In this document: in pieces, positions 20,015 through 32,982 of the stretch
How the letters are laid out: each line of letters begins with the position of its first letter
Numbering within the stretch: the first letter of the stretch is position 1
Assembly (NCBI GenBank): GCA_947504195.1
Contig: CANNGN010000008.1
Location: 12,574 to 76,573, forward strand
Source: an uncultured Vibrio sp.
GTDB lineage: Bacteria > Pseudomonadota > Gammaproteobacteria > Enterobacterales > Vibrionaceae
Direction of reading: 5' to 3'
DNA length: 64,000 nucleotides
The notes under the pieces: generated by a model
The model's input: only the letters and a program-made list of their open reading frames with translations
Told to the model about the DNA's origin: nothing
Database searches by the model: none
Translations under genes and position numbers: made by a program

Positions 20015-21738
20015 CTAAAGTAAAGCCAAGTAAGAAAGAGATTCAAGATAAGGATCAAGGCACACCCGCTATTATTCATTGGCGTTTTTATGTCGTCCTC
20101 GTTTTCGTGTTTGTTGCTTTTTCATTTTTGATTGGGCGTGCAGCTTATATTCAGGTCATTGAACCCGATAACTTGATTCATCAGGGCGATTTGCGTTCTG
20201 TTCGAGCGAAAACGCTTAATTCTGCTCGCGGTATTATTTCTGATCGAAATGGTGAAGCTCTAGCAGTTAGCGTTCCTGTTGAAGCCGTTTGGGCCGACCC
20301 TGTTACTATTTTTAAAGAAAATCAACTTGAAAACCTCTCACGTTGGTATGCGCTTGCTGATGTGCTTCGGCTCGATCGACAAGAGCTAATTGAAAAAATC
20401 AAAGCCAATAAATCTCGTCGTTTTATTTACTTAAAACGTCAAGTTAGTAGTGCGATGTCGAAATATATTCACGAATTAAAAATTAAAGGCGTGGGTCTTA
20501 AAGATGAATCTCGGCGCTATTATCCAGCAGGGGAAGTTAGTGCGCATTTAATTGGTGTTACTGGTATCGATGACCGAGGACTTGAAGGGGTTGAACGTAG
20601 TTACGACAAGTGGCTTACTGGAGAATCTGGAAAGCAAGTTATTCGTAAGGACCGTTTTGGTCGTGTTGTTGAAAATATCTCCTTAGAAGAACGAGAAGAA
20701 GGAAAACCGTTACAACTTACCATTGATCAGCGTCTTCAGGCCATTGCGTATAAAGCTGTAAAACAGGCTGTTGCCGATTATCGAGCGACATCAGCGTCTG
20801 CCGTTATGCTTGACGTAAAAACAGGCGAAGTGCTTGCCATGGTCAATGCCCCTTCATACAACCCCAATAATCGTTCAGATTGGCAGACGTTCAAAATGCG
20901 CAATCGTGTTATCACCGATGCATTTGAACCTGGCTCGACAGTTAAACCATTCGTAGTATTAGCTGCGATGGAAAATGGTATCGCAAATGAACATTCATTA
21001 ATTGATACCGGGAATGGTTTACTACAAATAGGGGGCAGCCGAGTACGTGACTCTTCTCCTTTAGGTAAAGCTAGCCTACAAAAAATACTGCAGAAATCGA
21101 GCAATATCGGTGTAACTAAACTGGCGCTACAAATGCCAGTGCAAGCTCTTTTAGGTATGTACAATTCTGTCGGTCTTGGTGAAGTTTCAGGACTGAATTT
21201 GGTCGGGGAAACATCAGGTATATTCCCAAGCCGAAGCCGCTGGTCTAAATTTGAACTCGCAACACTTGCTTTTGGTTATGGGTTGTCGATTACTCCAATC
21301 CAACTGGCTCATGCGTATGCAACCTTGGGTAACCTAGGTCTATATCAGCCGATACACCTGATTGATAGCAATGCTCAAGATGCGGGTCATCGGGTTGCCG
21401 ATGCTGAAAATGTTCGTAAAGTCATCGGTTTTATGGAAACAGTGACTCAAAAAGGCGGTACAGCAACGCTGGCAGCCATTCCTGGATACCGTGTCGCAGC
21501 AAAAACAGGGACATCACGGAAAGCAATCGCGGGCGGGTACAGTGATGAATACTTTGCTTATACTGCTGGCATTGCTCCAGTTACTGATCCGCGTTTGTCA
21601 TTGGTGGTTATGGTGAATGAGCCAAAAGGTGATGCATACTATGGTGGGGTTGTCGCCGGTCCAGTCTTTGCCGATATTATGAAAAGTGCGTTGCAAATTC
21701 TTAATATTGCCCCAGACGCACTTGATACAAGCAATTAA
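20011..21738 (+). CDS. ftsI: Peptidoglycan D,D-transpeptidase FtsI (PBP3)
   Basis: 575 aa. N-terminal TM. Transpeptidase motifs STVKPF (SxxK), KSSNIG (SxN), AKTGTS (KTG). Confidence 0.96.
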   Translation: MTKVKPSKKEIQDKDQGTPAIIHWRFYVVLVFVFVAFSFLIGRAAYIQVIEPDNLIHQGDLRSVRAKTLNSARGIISDRNGEALAVSVPVEAVWADPVTIFKENQLENLSRWYALADVLRLDRQELIEKIKANKSRRFIYLKRQVSSAMSKYIHELKIKGVGLKDESRRYYPAGEVSAHLIGVTGIDDRGLEGVERSYDKWLTGESGKQVIRKDRFGRVVENISLEEREEGKPLQLTIDQRLQAIAYKAVKQAVADYRATSASAVMLDVKTGEVLAMVNAPSYNPNNRSDWQTFKMRNRVITDAFEPGSTVKPFVVLAAMENGIANEHSLIDTGNGLLQIGGSRVRDSSPLGKASLQKILQKSSNIGVTKLALQMPVQALLGMYNSVGLGEVSGLNLVGETSGIFPSRSRWSKFELATLAFGYGLSITPIQLAHAYATLGNLGLYQPIHLIDSNAQDAGHRVADAENVRKVIGFMETVTQKGGTATLAAIPGYRVAAKTGTSRKAIAGGYSDEYFAYTAGIAPVTDPRLSLVVMVNEPKGDAYYGGVVAGPVFADIMKSALQILNIAPDALDTSN

Positions 21739-21754
21739 TTCTCTAGGTGTTTTA

Positions 21755-23239
21755 ATGAACAATTCAGTTTCTGCTTCTGACCTTCTGGCTCCTTGGCTTA
21801 ATTCGCTTCCACAATCATATGCGGCATTGGCGATTTTTCGATTGGAACTCGATAGCCGAAATATTAAACCTGGTGACACTTTTGTTGCTGTTGTTGGGCA
21901 TGAAGTTGACGGGCGACACTATATTGAAAATGCAATAAAACAGGGAGCCAATCTCGTTATTGCACAAGCCGATGAAGGGTTACCTCATGGTTTAATTGAA
22001 AATAATTCCGGTGTTGAAATCGTTTATATTGAGCGACTCAACCAAATCTTGTCTCCGTTGGCAGGACGTCTTTATCGTCATTCGACAAACAAACTAATTG
22101 GTATCACTGGAACTAACGGTAAAACAACGATTTCTCAGCTAATTGCACAATGGCTTGAATTAATTGGTAAACGCTCTGCGGTTATGGGAACGACTGGAAA
22201 TGGTTTTCTAGAACAATTAGTGGAAGCAAAAAACACCACCGGAAGTGCGATTGATATTCAACGAACGCTTTCAGAATTATCTTCTCAAGGCGCTGAATAT
22301 ACAGCGTTAGAAGTGTCGTCTCATGGTCTTGTTCAAGGGCGTGTCTCTGACTTGAATTTCGAAGCTGCAGTTTTTACAAACCTTAGCCGAGACCATCTTG
22401 ATTATCATGGCACCATGGAAGCGTATGCATTAGCGAAGAAAAGCTTATTCACTCAACATAACGTTAAACATGCGATTATTAATGTTGATGACCCCGTCGC
22501 TAAGCACTGGGTCGATGAGCTACCAAATGCGATTTCTGTTTCAATTATGGAGCAGCCTGACTCTTTCGAGGCTGTGTGGGCTAAAGGCGTTCGTTATAGC
22601 GAGCAAGGGATTGAAATAGCATTCTCGGGAAAATGGGGGGTAGGTCAGTTAAGCGCTGGCTTGATTGGTGAATTTAATGCCAATAATCTTCTCGTTGCAT
22701 TTGCGACGTTACTCAGTTTGGGAATCGAAAAATCCAAATTGTTACAAGTGAGTCATAAACTTACTCCAGTGATTGGTCGAATGGAACTCTTCCAAGCGGA
22801 CAATAAAGCCAAAGTTGTCGTGGATTATGCCCATACACCTGATGCACTAGAAAAAGCGTTATTAGCGTTACGTGTTCATTGTGACGGTAAACTATGGGCG
22901 ATTTTCGGTTGTGGTGGCGCTCGTGATAAAGGAAAGCGTCCAATGATGGCATCGATTGGCGAGCAGTTAGCTGATAATGTTATTTTAACCGATGATAATC
23001 CTCGAAATGAGGAACCAAGCGACATTATTGCAGATATGTTGGCGGGAACTCATACACCTAAAAATATACATGTTCATCATCATCGTTATACCGCGCTTGA
23101 ATTTGCATTATCTCAGAGCAACCCCAATGATATCATTCTTCTTGCGGGTAAAGGCCACGAAGATTATCAAGTATTTGCCTCGGAGACAGTACATTTCTCT
23201 GATCGTGAATCTGCTCAAACACTTTTAGGAATAGAATAA
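21755..23239 (+). CDS. murE: UDP-MurNAc-L-Ala-D-Glu:meso-diaminopimelate ligase MurE
   Basis: The track ORF (21686) overlaps the ftsI end. ATG 21755 gives [15 protein letters not shown] (494 aa). Mur ligase P-loop [14 protein letters not shown] motif (meso-DAP type). Confidence 0.95.
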   Translation: MNNSVSASDLLAPWLNSLPQSYAALAIFRLELDSRNIKPGDTFVAVVGHEVDGRHYIENAIKQGANLVIAQADEGLPHGLIENNSGVEIVYIERLNQILSPLAGRLYRHSTNKLIGITGTNGKTTISQLIAQWLELIGKRSAVMGTTGNGFLEQLVEAKNTTGSAIDIQRTLSELSSQGAEYTALEVSSHGLVQGRVSDLNFEAAVFTNLSRDHLDYHGTMEAYALAKKSLFTQHNVKHAIINVDDPVAKHWVDELPNAISVSIMEQPDSFEAVWAKGVRYSEQGIEIAFSGKWGVGQLSAGLIGEFNANNLLVAFATLLSLGIEKSKLLQVSHKLTPVIGRMELFQADNKAKVVVDYAHTPDALEKALLALRVHCDGKLWAIFGCGGARDKGKRPMMASIGEQLADNVILTDDNPRNEEPSDIIADMLAGTHTPKNIHVHHHRYTALEFALSQSNPNDIILLAGKGHEDYQVFASETVHFSDRESAQTLLGIE

Positions 23240-24600
23240 TGGTTGTGACTTCACTGAGTCAGTTAGCTTCGATACTGGATGCTCGGCTTATCGGCGATGA
23301 TAGAAAAATTAACGCTATTTCTACTGACACTCGAACTATCGATAATGATTGCTTATTTATTGCATTGATTGGTGAACGATTTGATGCTCACCAATTTATA
23401 AATAATGCCATTCAGTCGGGAGCATCTGCTGTTCTTGTTTCGAAGCAAGTTGAAAGCTCAGTTCCTCAGCTTATTGTGTCTGATACTAAAGTGGCTTTAG
23501 GCTTGATCGGTGCTTGGGTTCATCAGCAATGCGAAATACCAACAGTCGCCATTACTGGCAGTTGCGGCAAAACAACGGTGAAAGAGATGGTTGCATCGAT
23601 TTTAGCGTTGAAAGGGGAAGTGATGTTCACCCAAGGCAACTTTAACAACGATATCGGCGTACCACTAACATTGCTTCGCTCAGAACCCCAGCATGATTAT
23701 GCTGTGGTTGAGCTTGGCGCGAATCATATCGGTGAAATTGCCTATACCACAAAGTTGGTTCAGCCAAATATTGCACTGGTTAATAATGTTGCTAGTGCTC
23801 ATATTGAAGGGTTTGGCTCGCTTGATGGTGTAAAACAAGCGAAAGGAGAAATCTATTCTGGATTGAGCTCTAATGGGCTTGCGTTAGTCAATCTCGATAG
23901 CTGTAGTGAACAATGGTGGGATGGTGTTCTAAATCACAAACGAGTGATGACACTTTCTACCCACAACAGTCGAGCGGATTTTTACGCAGAAGCAATCGCC
24001 CTGAATCAAGATTCTATGGCTGAATTTACGTTGGTCACTCCATCAGGGAGAGTTGACGTTACGTTGGCCGTTGTTGGTGTGCATAACGTTTCCAATGCGA
24101 TTTCTGCGGCCGCTATTAGTTATGAATTTGGCGCATCTTTGTCAGAGATTGCTCAAGGTCTGCACAGTTTATCGTTTGTTAAAGGTCGTGTGGAAATTAC
24201 CGAACTAAATAATCGTATAAAATTAATCGATGATAGTTATAATGCGAGTGTGCCCGCAATGTTGGCCGCTGTGGATCTATTGTCTACTTTTCAAGGAGAC
24301 AAGTGGTTGATTCTTGGCAATATGGCAGAGTTGGGTAACGAATCTCTTGCACTTCATCGACAAGTCGGTGAACATGCTGCACCGTTTAAGTTTAAGCATA
24401 TTTTGACCTATGGGGATGATGCAAAAGTCATTAGTGACGTTTGTCATGGCAGACATTTTGTTACCCACCAAGATATGATGAATTATGTTGAGCAGCAGCT
24501 CGAACAAAATACAACACACGCTCAAGTCTTACTTGTTAAGGGAGCAAACAGCGCAGGTATGAGTAAAATCGCCGCTGTTTTGAAGGAGAAGTTCTTATGA
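23239..24600 (+). CDS. murF: UDP-MurNAc-tripeptide:D-Ala-D-Ala ligase MurF
   Basis: 453 aa. [10 protein letters not shown]-loop. TAATG overlap with murE. Confidence 0.95.
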   Translation: MVVTSLSQLASILDARLIGDDRKINAISTDTRTIDNDCLFIALIGERFDAHQFINNAIQSGASAVLVSKQVESSVPQLIVSDTKVALGLIGAWVHQQCEIPTVAITGSCGKTTVKEMVASILALKGEVMFTQGNFNNDIGVPLTLLRSEPQHDYAVVELGANHIGEIAYTTKLVQPNIALVNNVASAHIEGFGSLDGVKQAKGEIYSGLSSNGLALVNLDSCSEQWWDGVLNHKRVMTLSTHNSRADFYAEAIALNQDSMAEFTLVTPSGRVDVTLAVVGVHNVSNAISAAAISYEFGASLSEIAQGLHSLSFVKGRVEITELNNRIKLIDDSYNASVPAMLAAVDLLSTFQGDKWLILGNMAELGNESLALHRQVGEHAAPFKFKHILTYGDDAKVISDVCHGRHFVTHQDMMNYVEQQLEQNTTHAQVLLVKGANSAGMSKIAAVLKEKFL

Positions 24601-25679
24601 TGATTTGGCTTGCAGAATTACTACAGCCATATTTTTCTTTTTTTCGTCTTTTTGAATATCTATCGTTTAGAGCGATTGTCAGTATTCTTACCGCATTAGG
24701 TTTTTCTTTGTGGGTTGGTCCTGTATTAATCAGACGTTTACAAATGCTACAAATTGGACAAGTTGTACGAAACGATGGTCCTGAATCACATTTCTCTAAA
24801 CGAGGAACCCCGACTATGGGGGGAGTGATGATTCTAAGTGCGATTATTATTACTGTATTTTTATGGACCGATCTGACCAACCCTTATGTTTGGGCGGTAC
24901 TTAGTGTATTGATTGGATATGGTATTGTTGGTTTTGTTGATGATTATAGAAAAGTCGTGCGCAAAAATACCGATGGTTTGATCGCTCGTTGGAAGTACTT
25001 TTGGCAGTCGTTGATCGCTCTGGTTGTTGCGTTTGCAATGTATGCTCACGGTGCCGATACACCTGCAACTCAATTGGTTGTTCCTTTTTTCAAGGATGTT
25101 ATGCCGCAGCTGGGTTTATTGTATGTAGTGTTAACGTATTTCGTTATTGTTGGGACAAGTAACGCCGTCAACTTGACCGATGGTCTTGATGGCTTGGCAA
25201 TTATGCCTACGGTTTTAGTGTCTGCAGGGTTTTCTGTCATTGCTTGGGCGACTGGTAATGTGAATTTTGCGGCTTACTTACACATTCCTTATATTCCTTA
25301 CGCTTCAGAACTTGTGGTTGTTTGTACTGCGATTGTCGGCGCCGGTCTTGGTTTCCTTTGGTTTAACACTTACCCTGCTCAAGTTTTTATGGGTGATGTT
25401 GGCTCTTTAGCGCTTGGTGGGGCATTAGGAACGATTGCGGTGTTAGTAAGGCAAGAGTTTATTCTCGTTATTATGGGCGGTGTTTTCGTTATGGAAACAG
25501 TGTCGGTAATTCTTCAGGTGGGGTCTTATAAACTGCGTGGGCAGCGTATTTTCCGCATGGCACCTATCCACCATCACTATGAACTAAAAGGATGGCCGGA
25601 GCCAAGAGTGATTGTGCGCTTCTGGATCATTTCTATCGTACTGGTTTTAATCGGATTAGCGACACTTAAAGTGCGCTAA
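24597..25679 (+). CDS. mraY: Phospho-N-acetylmuramoyl-pentapeptide transferase MraY
   Basis: 360 aa polytopic. [35 protein letters not shown] overlap with murF. Confidence 0.97.
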   Translation: MMIWLAELLQPYFSFFRLFEYLSFRAIVSILTALGFSLWVGPVLIRRLQMLQIGQVVRNDGPESHFSKRGTPTMGGVMILSAIIITVFLWTDLTNPYVWAVLSVLIGYGIVGFVDDYRKVVRKNTDGLIARWKYFWQSLIALVVAFAMYAHGADTPATQLVVPFFKDVMPQLGLLYVVLTYFVIVGTSNAVNLTDGLDGLAIMPTVLVSAGFSVIAWATGNVNFAAYLHIPYIPYASELVVVCTAIVGAGLGFLWFNTYPAQVFMGDVGSLALGGALGTIAVLVRQEFILVIMGGVFVMETVSVILQVGSYKLRGQRIFRMAPIHHHYELKGWPEPRVIVRFWIISIVLVLIGLATLKVR

Positions 25680-25705
25680 TTTATCATCAATGTCGTGGAA
25701 GAGTC

Positions 25706-27028
25706 ATGGATCGTTGGCAGAGCATAAAAAACGTTGTAGTGGTTGGCTTGGGAGTAACAGGTCTATCAGTTGTTAACTATCTACATCGATATCAACCAGG
25801 TACTGCCATTCGTGTTATTGACACTCGTGACACTCCACCTGGACAAGATGATTTACCACCAGGTATTGAGTTACATAGTGGAAGTTGGCAAATTGAATGG
25901 TTGCTAAATGCCGATCTGGTGGTGGTTAATCCTGGAATTGCTCTTGCAACACCAGAAATTCAAATGGCTATTGATCACTCTATCTTAGTTGTGGGTGATA
26001 TTGAGTTGTTTGCATGGCATGTAGAAAAGCCGGTTATAGCGATTACAGGATCAAATGGAAAAAGTACCGTAACTGACTTATGTGGTGTCCTTGCTCGTGC
26101 TGCTGGCTTTAACGTTGGTGTCGGTGGGAATATCGGTGTTCCTGCCCTTGATTTAATTGATGACCGACGTGATCTTTACATTCTAGAATTATCCAGTTTT
26201 CAATTAGAAACCACTTCTTCTCTAGTACTTACGGCTGCGGCTTTTCTTAACCTTTCAGAGGATCATATGGATCGTTATGAAGGTATGCTCGATTATCGCC
26301 AAGCAAAGTTACGGATTTTTGAAGATGCCCAATGCGCTGTTGTGAATCAAGATGACTCCGCAACGTTTCCTGATACTTTTTCAAACGACGTTATCCGCTT
26401 TTCTGTTCTTGAATCGAAGGCCGATTTTTCACTTGTTACGTCTAACGAGTGTGAATATTTAGCGAAGAGTGGTGAGCCACTTATCGCGACGAATGAGCTT
26501 AAGTTAGTTGGTCGACATAATTTAGCCAACGCACTTACCGCATTAGCGCTACTCTCAAGAGTCAATATTTCGTTAGAACGTTGCCGCACGGCTTTGATGT
26601 CTTACACCGGTTTGACACATCGTTGCCAAGTTGTTGTCGATAATCAGGGTGTTAAGTGGGTCAATGATTCTAAAGCTACTAATGTAGCATCAACGCTAGC
26701 CGCTCTCTCTGGACTTGATTGTACAGGAACACTGTATTTATTGGTTGGTGGTGTGGGTAAAGGAGCAGATTTTTCACCACTTGCCCCTGCTCTTGCGGCA
26801 CTTAAGGTAAAGCTGTGTTGTTTCGGTCGTGATGGCGAGCAGTTTATGTCTCTTCATTCTCAATCGGTTTACTTTCCATCAATGGATGAAGCGATTGTGA
26901 GTATCACACCGCAACTTGTCGCTGGAGATATTGTCATGCTTTCACCGGCTTGTGCCAGTTTCGACCAATTTAATAACTTTATGCATCGGGGTGATTATTT
27001 TTCTCGGCTCGCTGCTCAATACGCTTAG
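25706..27028 (+). CDS. murD: UDP-MurNAc-L-Ala:D-Glu ligase MurD
   Basis: 440 aa. [10 protein letters not shown]-loop. dcw order fits. Confidence 0.95.
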   Translation: MDRWQSIKNVVVVGLGVTGLSVVNYLHRYQPGTAIRVIDTRDTPPGQDDLPPGIELHSGSWQIEWLLNADLVVVNPGIALATPEIQMAIDHSILVVGDIELFAWHVEKPVIAITGSNGKSTVTDLCGVLARAAGFNVGVGGNIGVPALDLIDDRRDLYILELSSFQLETTSSLVLTAAAFLNLSEDHMDRYEGMLDYRQAKLRIFEDAQCAVVNQDDSATFPDTFSNDVIRFSVLESKADFSLVTSNECEYLAKSGEPLIATNELKLVGRHNLANALTALALLSRVNISLERCRTALMSYTGLTHRCQVVVDNQGVKWVNDSKATNVASTLAALSGLDCTGTLYLLVGGVGKGADFSPLAPALAALKVKLCCFGRDGEQFMSLHSQSVYFPSMDEAIVSITPQLVAGDIVMLSPACASFDQFNNFMHRGDYFSRLAAQYA

Positions 27029-27031
27029 TTT

Positions 27032-28228
27032 TTGGGAATGACAGTGACTGCAATATCGAGAGTGACACAAAAATTACAGTATTGGTGTACAACGCCAAGT
27101 CCAGATGCTCTATATGATCGCCAATTGGTATGGCTCTCTTTGTCTCTTATGTTGGTTGGTTTGGTGATGGTTACATCCGCGTCATTTCCTGTTAGTTACC
27201 GACTTACCGATCATCCTTTTCATTTTATGTCTCGTCATGGTGTTTTTTTATTGATGGCGATTTTGGTTTCCTCAGTCGTCCTTCAAGTACCTACCGAAAA
27301 GTGGCTGAAATCGAGTACTTCATTACTGATTCTATCCGTTGTGCTTCTTGTCATCGTTTTGGCTATTGGTAAATCGGTAAATGGGGCGGCTCGGTGGATT
27401 TCTCTTGGGCCATTTAATGTTCAGCCAGCTGAAGTAGCCAAACTCTCCTTATTCATTTTTATGTCCGGGTATTTAGTTCGCAAACAAGATGCGGTTAAAG
27501 AAAAGTTTTTTGATGGTTTCTTAAAGCCGATTATGGTGTTTGCGCTTCTTGCAGTGCTGTTGTTGGCGCAGCCAGATCTCGGTACGGTCGTTGTTATGTT
27601 AGTCACGCTATTTGGCATGTTATTTATTGCTGGTGCTAAATTATCCCAATTTATCGCATTAATGGTTGCGGGTATTTTTTGTGTGATCGGTTTGATTGTG
27701 GCGGAGCCTTATCGAATGGCGCGGGTTACGTCATTTCTAGATCCTTGGGAAGACCCTTTTGGTAGCGGTTATCAGTTGACTCAATCTCTAATGGCATTTG
27801 GTCGTGGTAACTGGTTCGGTCAAGGGCTGGGAAACTCTGTTCAAAAGCTTGAATATTTACCAGAAGCTCACACCGACTTTGTGTTTGCGGTATTGGGAGA
27901 AGAGCTTGGGTTCGTTGGCGTGCTGATTGTTTTGCTATTACTGATGGCTTTAGTACTGAAAGCCATCTTTATTGGAAATAAAGCCTTTAATGAAGGTCAC
28001 TTTTTTGGTGGATATCTTGCTTTTGGTATTGGAATCTGGTTTGCATTCCAGACTCTAGTTAACGTTGGAGCAGCAGCAGGTATGGTTCCGACAAAAGGTT
28101 TAACCTTACCTCTTATCAGTTATGGTGGCTCCAGTTTAATCATAATGTCGGTTGCCGTATCCATTTTACTTCGAATTGATTTCGAACGTCGGCTTCAGGC
28201 TAAAATAGAATTAAAAGAAAACAGATGA
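27032..28228 (+). CDS. ftsW: SEDS peptidoglycan glycosyltransferase FtsW
   Basis: 398 aa, about 10 [20 protein letters not shown] and PLISYGGSS motifs. The start is TTG 27032, or ATG 27038. Confidence 0.93.
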   Translation: MGMTVTAISRVTQKLQYWCTTPSPDALYDRQLVWLSLSLMLVGLVMVTSASFPVSYRLTDHPFHFMSRHGVFLLMAILVSSVVLQVPTEKWLKSSTSLLILSVVLLVIVLAIGKSVNGAARWISLGPFNVQPAEVAKLSLFIFMSGYLVRKQDAVKEKFFDGFLKPIMVFALLAVLLLAQPDLGTVVVMLVTLFGMLFIAGAKLSQFIALMVAGIFCVIGLIVAEPYRMARVTSFLDPWEDPFGSGYQLTQSLMAFGRGNWFGQGLGNSVQKLEYLPEAHTDFVFAVLGEELGFVGVLIVLLLLMALVLKAIFIGNKAFNEGHFFGGYLAFGIGIWFAFQTLVNVGAAAGMVPTKGLTLPLISYGGSSLIIMSVAVSILLRIDFERRLQAKIELKENR

Positions 28229-29286
28229 AAAAAAACAAACGGTTAACGGTGATGGCGGGTGGCACAGGAGGACATGTTTTTCCTGGGTTGGCTGTCGCGA
28301 AGCAATTGCAACAGCAAGGTTGGGATATTCGTTGGTTAGGAACTGCGGATCGTATGGAAGCTGAGTTAGTCCCCAAACATGGTATCGAAATAGACTTTAT
28401 TAAAGTTAAAGGTATTCGAGGTCTTGGTGTCGGGCGTTTACTCAAAGCGCCATTTCAAGTCATTAATGCAATTCGTCAAGCTCGTGCCCATTTTAAACGA
28501 TTCAAACCTGATGTTGTATTAGGCATGGGTGGTTATGTCAGTGGTCCAGGAGGAATTGCTGCATGGACATTGGGAATCCCAGTCGTGCTGCATGAACAAA
28601 ATGCGGTTGCTGGATTAACCAATCAATGGCTTGCTCGGATAGCAACACGTGTTTTCCAGGCTTTTCCAGGTGCCTTTCCTACTGCAGATGTGGTGGGTAA
28701 CCCGGTACGAGAAGATGTTGTTTCACTTCCTGAACCAAAGCAACGGATGGAAAACAGGCAAGGTCCAATTCGTATTTTAGTCATGGGTGGGAGTCAAGGT
28801 GCTCAAATTCTTAATCGTACATTACCAGACGTAATGGCTGAACTTAGTGAAGAGTATGAGATTCATCACCAAGTGGGCAAAAACAATGTTGCAGAAGTGG
28901 AAGGTTTGTATCAAAACCATCAAATCTTGAATTACAAAGTTGATGAATTTATCGATAATGTTGCTCAAGCCTACGATTGGGCCGATTTAATCGTTTGTCG
29001 CTCTGGCGCATTAACAGTGTCAGAAGTTTCTTCTGCAGGATTAGGGGCGATTTTTATTCCATTTATGCATAAAGATAGGCAGCAGGCACTAAACGCTGAC
29101 CACCTTGTGGCGTGTGGCGGCGCTAAAATGATCGAACAGCCAGATTTGACCGTTGAGAAACTGGTTACGCTGATTCAGTCATTAGACAGAGATATTTTAA
29201 CTAATATGGCCGTTCAGGCTAGAAAGGCGGCGATGTCAGATGCTGATATGGTTGTCGCCAAAGCAATTGCTTCATTAACAGACTAA
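28225..29286 (+). CDS. murG: UDP-GlcNAc:lipid I GlcNAc transferase MurG
   Basis: 353 aa. [14 protein letters not shown] and RSGALTVSE motifs. ATGA overlap with ftsW. Confidence 0.96.
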   Translation: MKKNKRLTVMAGGTGGHVFPGLAVAKQLQQQGWDIRWLGTADRMEAELVPKHGIEIDFIKVKGIRGLGVGRLLKAPFQVINAIRQARAHFKRFKPDVVLGMGGYVSGPGGIAAWTLGIPVVLHEQNAVAGLTNQWLARIATRVFQAFPGAFPTADVVGNPVREDVVSLPEPKQRMENRQGPIRILVMGGSQGAQILNRTLPDVMAELSEEYEIHHQVGKNNVAEVEGLYQNHQILNYKVDEFIDNVAQAYDWADLIVCRSGALTVSEVSSAGLGAIFIPFMHKDRQQALNADHLVACGGAKMIEQPDLTVEKLVTLIQSLDRDILTNMAVQARKAAMSDADMVVAKAIASLTD

Positions 29287-29296
29287 CGAGAATTTT

Positions 29297-30757
29297 ATGA
29301 TCATTAAGCACACCCAAGATTTAGCTCAAATTCGAGCAATGGTACCTGAAATGCGTCGCGTAAAATGCATTCACTTTGTGGGTATTGGTGGAGCGGGTAT
29401 GAGTGGTATAGCTGAAGTGCTGCTAAATGAAGGTTATCAAATCTCAGGCTCTGATATTGCTCGAAATGCCGTAACGGATAGCTTAGAAGAAAAAGGTGCC
29501 ACCATATTTATCGGACACCGAAGTAGTAATGTTGAATTGGCGAGTGTCGTTGTGGTTTCAACCGCTATTGCACAAGATAACCCTGAGTTGGTTGCTGCAA
29601 AGGAGAAGCGAATAACGGTCGTTCGTCGAGCTGAAATGTTGGCTGAATTAATGCGTTTTCGTCATGGCATTGCGGTCGCTGGTACTCACGGTAAAACAAC
29701 GACAACGGCTTTGGTTACTCAAATCTACTCTGAAGCTGGTCTCGATCCTACGTTTGTAAATGGCGGCTTAGTCAAAAGTGCCGGGACAAATGCGCGCTTG
29801 GGTTCTAGTCGAATTCTAATTGCCGAAGCCGATGAAAGCGATGCTTCTTTCCTCTACTTGCAGCCGATGGTGAGTATTGTAACGAACATTGAAGCTGACC
29901 ATATGGATACTTATGGTGGTAACTTTGAAACGCTGAAACAAACTTTTATTGATTTTCTTCATAACTTGCCATTTTACGGGCAAGCCATTTTATGTATCGA
30001 TGATCCCGTTATTCGTGAACTGATTCCTAAAGTGAGTCGTCAAGCTGTTACATACGGTTTTTCTGAAGACGCCGATGTACGTATTGAAAATTACCAGCAA
30101 AATGGGCAGCAAGGGATATTCACTGTTGTTCGGCATAATAAAGCGGATCTAACGATTACGCTTAATATTCCTGGTCGACATAATGCCCTTAATGCAGCCG
30201 CTGCAATCGCGGTTGCAACAGAAGATGATATCGGCGATGAAGCTATTTTAAAAGCAATGGCAAATACCCAAGGTACTGGGCGTCGTTTTGAGCATTTAGG
30301 TGAATTTGAAACTGGGAATGGTAAGGCTATGTTGGTGGATGATTATGGTCATCATCCTACTGAAGTCCAGGTTACGATTAATGCTGCTCGCAATGGGTGG
30401 CCGGAGCGTCGCTTGGTGATGATATTCCAACCGCACCGCTATAGCCGAACACGTGACCTGTATGATGACTTTGCAAACGTGCTTGAGCATGTTGATGTCC
30501 TCATTATGCTCGATGTCTATACCGCGGGTGAAAAGCCTATCGCTGGCGCGGATGGTCGATCATTGTGTCGTACTATTCGCAGTCGTGGAAAAATAGATCC
30601 AATCTTTGTTTCAGAAACTCAAGGATTACCTTCGGTTCTCGCTAACGTATTGCAAGATGGAGACTTAATTCTGACGCAAGGCGCTGGAGATGTCGGTAAA
30701 GTAGCGCGACAATTAGAGACATTAAAACTCAATATTTCCGATATGCATAAAGTTTAG
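29297..30757 (+). CDS. murC: UDP-MurNAc:L-alanine ligase MurC
   Basis: 486 aa. [14 protein letters not shown] and GTHGKTTTT. Confidence 0.96.
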   Translation: MIIKHTQDLAQIRAMVPEMRRVKCIHFVGIGGAGMSGIAEVLLNEGYQISGSDIARNAVTDSLEEKGATIFIGHRSSNVELASVVVVSTAIAQDNPELVAAKEKRITVVRRAEMLAELMRFRHGIAVAGTHGKTTTTALVTQIYSEAGLDPTFVNGGLVKSAGTNARLGSSRILIAEADESDASFLYLQPMVSIVTNIEADHMDTYGGNFETLKQTFIDFLHNLPFYGQAILCIDDPVIRELIPKVSRQAVTYGFSEDADVRIENYQQNGQQGIFTVVRHNKADLTITLNIPGRHNALNAAAAIAVATEDDIGDEAILKAMANTQGTGRRFEHLGEFETGNGKAMLVDDYGHHPTEVQVTINAARNGWPERRLVMIFQPHRYSRTRDLYDDFANVLEHVDVLIMLDVYTAGEKPIAGADGRSLCRTIRSRGKIDPIFVSETQGLPSVLANVLQDGDLILTQGAGDVGKVARQLETLKLNISDMHKV

Positions 30758-30812
30758 TTCTCACCTTTGATTATTATGTTTGCATAGACGTTGTAATTAT
30801 TAGATATTGGAA

Positions 30813-30840
30813 TTGATACTTTGTTTAGTCTCAGTATAAT
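30813..30840 (+). promoter_or_regulatory. Near-consensus sigma70 promoter upstream of ftsQ
   Basis: TTGATA (30813..30818), 16-nt spacer, TATAAT (30835..30840), in the 157-bp murC-ftsQ gap. Confidence 0.55.
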
Positions 30841-30914
30841 TAATGAGTTATAGCCATTGGGATGGTATCGGTGTTTGATAGGTCATTTATTTACGAACCT
30901 TAGGATGTTGGATT

Positions 30915-31697
30915 TTGACACAATCGGTTATAGATAAATCTCCTCAATTATCAGACTCTAAAATGATAAAGCGTCATCTTTTTGGCGCGATATTTTTTGT
31001 GAGTGTCATCATATTGTTAGTCACTCTGTTCTATTCGACAATCAGTTGGATGTGGGATGAGCAGCGTTTACCATTATCGAAAGTGATTATTCAAGGGGAC
31101 TTACAATACGTTAAGTCCGGTGATGTACAACATGCACTAGGTCAATTATCACATATTGGCACCTTTATGTCGCAAGACGTACTGGAGCTGCAAAATACCG
31201 TAGAGCAGTTGCCATGGGTGGAGCATGCTTCAATTCATAAGCAATGGCCTGACACCATAAAGATTTTTCTTACAGAACATAATGTTGAAGCTATCTGGAA
31301 TGGTAATGAATTACTGGATGAGCATGGCGTAGTTTTTGAAGGCGATCTTGGTTTGTTGGAAGAGGACTATGTCAAGTTATATGGTCCAGATGGAACGGGA
31401 CTTGCATTAATCGAAACTTGGAAGAAATATACACCCATACTTCAACAGTTGGGGTTACAGGTTTCTTCTCTAGTATTGAACGAACGCCGAGCATGGCAAT
31501 TTATACTTGATAATGGTATTCGACTCGAACTAGGTAAAGAGTCTCTCGATGAACGAATTAATCGATTTGTTGCCTTATATCGAGATATTGGACAAAAAGT
31601 AGAACAAATAAGTTATATCGACCTCCGATATGATACTGGTGCGGCAATCGGGTGGTTTCCAGTACAAGAGGAAGAACAAGAGAATATAAATGACTAG
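30915..31697 (+). CDS. ftsQ: Cell division protein FtsQ
   Basis: 260 aa. TM followed by the POTRA region (QRLPLSKVIIQG...FMSQDV...LPWVEHASIHKQWPDTIKI), collinear with E. coli FtsQ. The start is uncertain: TTG 30915 versus ATG 30963. Confidence 0.9.
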   Translation: MTQSVIDKSPQLSDSKMIKRHLFGAIFFVSVIILLVTLFYSTISWMWDEQRLPLSKVIIQGDLQYVKSGDVQHALGQLSHIGTFMSQDVLELQNTVEQLPWVEHASIHKQWPDTIKIFLTEHNVEAIWNGNELLDEHGVVFEGDLGLLEEDYVKLYGPDGTGLALIETWKKYTPILQQLGLQVSSLVLNERRAWQFILDNGIRLELGKESLDERINRFVALYRDIGQKVEQISYIDLRYDTGAAIGWFPVQEEEQENIND

Positions 31698-32952
31698 AAT
31701 GACCGATGACAACATTATTGTTGGTCTCGATGTAGGAACAGCGACGGTATCGGCTTTGGTTGGGGAGTTACTCCCTGATGGCCAAATTAATATTATCGGA
31801 GCCGGGACCAGCCCTTCAAGAGGCATGGATAAAGGTGGTGTCAACGACCTAGAATCCGTTGTAAAGTCGGTACAGCGAGCTGTTGATCAAGCAGAATTGA
31901 TGGCCGAATGTGAAATTAGTAATGTGTTTCTTTCTATTTCTGGCCGTCATATTGCGAGTCGAATTGAAAAAGGGATGGGGACCATCTCTGAAGAAGAAGT
32001 CACTCAAGAGGATATGGATCGTGCCATTCACACGGCGAAGTCTATAAAAATAGGTGAAGAGTTACGAATTCTTCATGTAATACCGCAAGAATTTACGATT
32101 GATTACCAAGAAGGCATAAAAAACCCCCTTGGTTTATCAGGTGTGAGAATGGAAGTGAGTGTCCATTTAATTTCCTGTCACAATGATATGGCGAGAAATA
32201 TAATAAAGGCAGTTGAACGTTGTGGTTTAAAAGTTGACCATCTCGTGTATTCTGGATTAGCTGCAGGTAATGCTGTTATTACAGAAGACGAACGTGAACT
32301 AGGCGTTTGTGTTGTTGATATCGGTGCTGGTACTATTGATGTGGCTATTTGGACAGGTGGAGCGTTACGCCATACCGAAGTCTTTAATTATGCCGGAAAT
32401 GCAGTTACGAGTGATATTGCTTTTGCTTTTGGTACGCCAGTCAGTGATGCGGAAGAAATTAAAGTTAAATATGGGTGCGCTTTAAGCGAACTCGTGAGTA
32501 AAGATGATACTGTAAATGTTCCAAGTGTTGGTGGTCGTCCTTCTCGAAGCCTACAAAGGCAAACCTTATCTGAGGTAATTGAACCTCGATACACTGAGTT
32601 AATGGGGTTGGTTAATCAGTCAATAGACTCAGTGCAAGAAAAGCTAAAAGCTGAAGGCATTAAACATCATTTAGCCGCTGGTGTTGTATTAACTGGCGGT
32701 GCTGCACAGATCGAAGGGTTAGTTGAGTGTGCAGAGCGTGTTTTTCGCAATCAAGTACGAGTTGGCAAGCCTTTAGAGGTGAGCGGGCTTACAGATTATG
32801 TAAAGGAGCCGTATCATTCTACGGCAGTTGGTCTACTTCATTACGCAAAAGATAGTCAAATAAATGACGAAATAGAATATACTGAGCCGAAACGCCAGCC
32901 TATGTCGACATTTTTTGGTCGTTTACGTAATTGGATACAAAAAGAGTTTTAA
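31690..32952 (+). CDS. ftsA: Cell division protein FtsA
   Basis: 420 aa actin-like ATPase (VGLDVGTATV, DIGAGTIDVA). C-terminal amphipathic helix (FFGRLRNWIQKEF). Confidence 0.97.
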   Translation: MTRMTDDNIIVGLDVGTATVSALVGELLPDGQINIIGAGTSPSRGMDKGGVNDLESVVKSVQRAVDQAELMAECEISNVFLSISGRHIASRIEKGMGTISEEEVTQEDMDRAIHTAKSIKIGEELRILHVIPQEFTIDYQEGIKNPLGLSGVRMEVSVHLISCHNDMARNIIKAVERCGLKVDHLVYSGLAAGNAVITEDERELGVCVVDIGAGTIDVAIWTGGALRHTEVFNYAGNAVTSDIAFAFGTPVSDAEEIKVKYGCALSELVSKDDTVNVPSVGGRPSRSLQRQTLSEVIEPRYTELMGLVNQSIDSVQEKLKAEGIKHHLAAGVVLTGGAAQIEGLVECAERVFRNQVRVGKPLEVSGLTDYVKEPYHSTAVGLLHYAKDSQINDEIEYTEPKRQPMSTFFGRLRNWIQKEF

Positions 32953-32982
32953 CCTGAGTTGCAGGAAAAACGGAGATAACAC

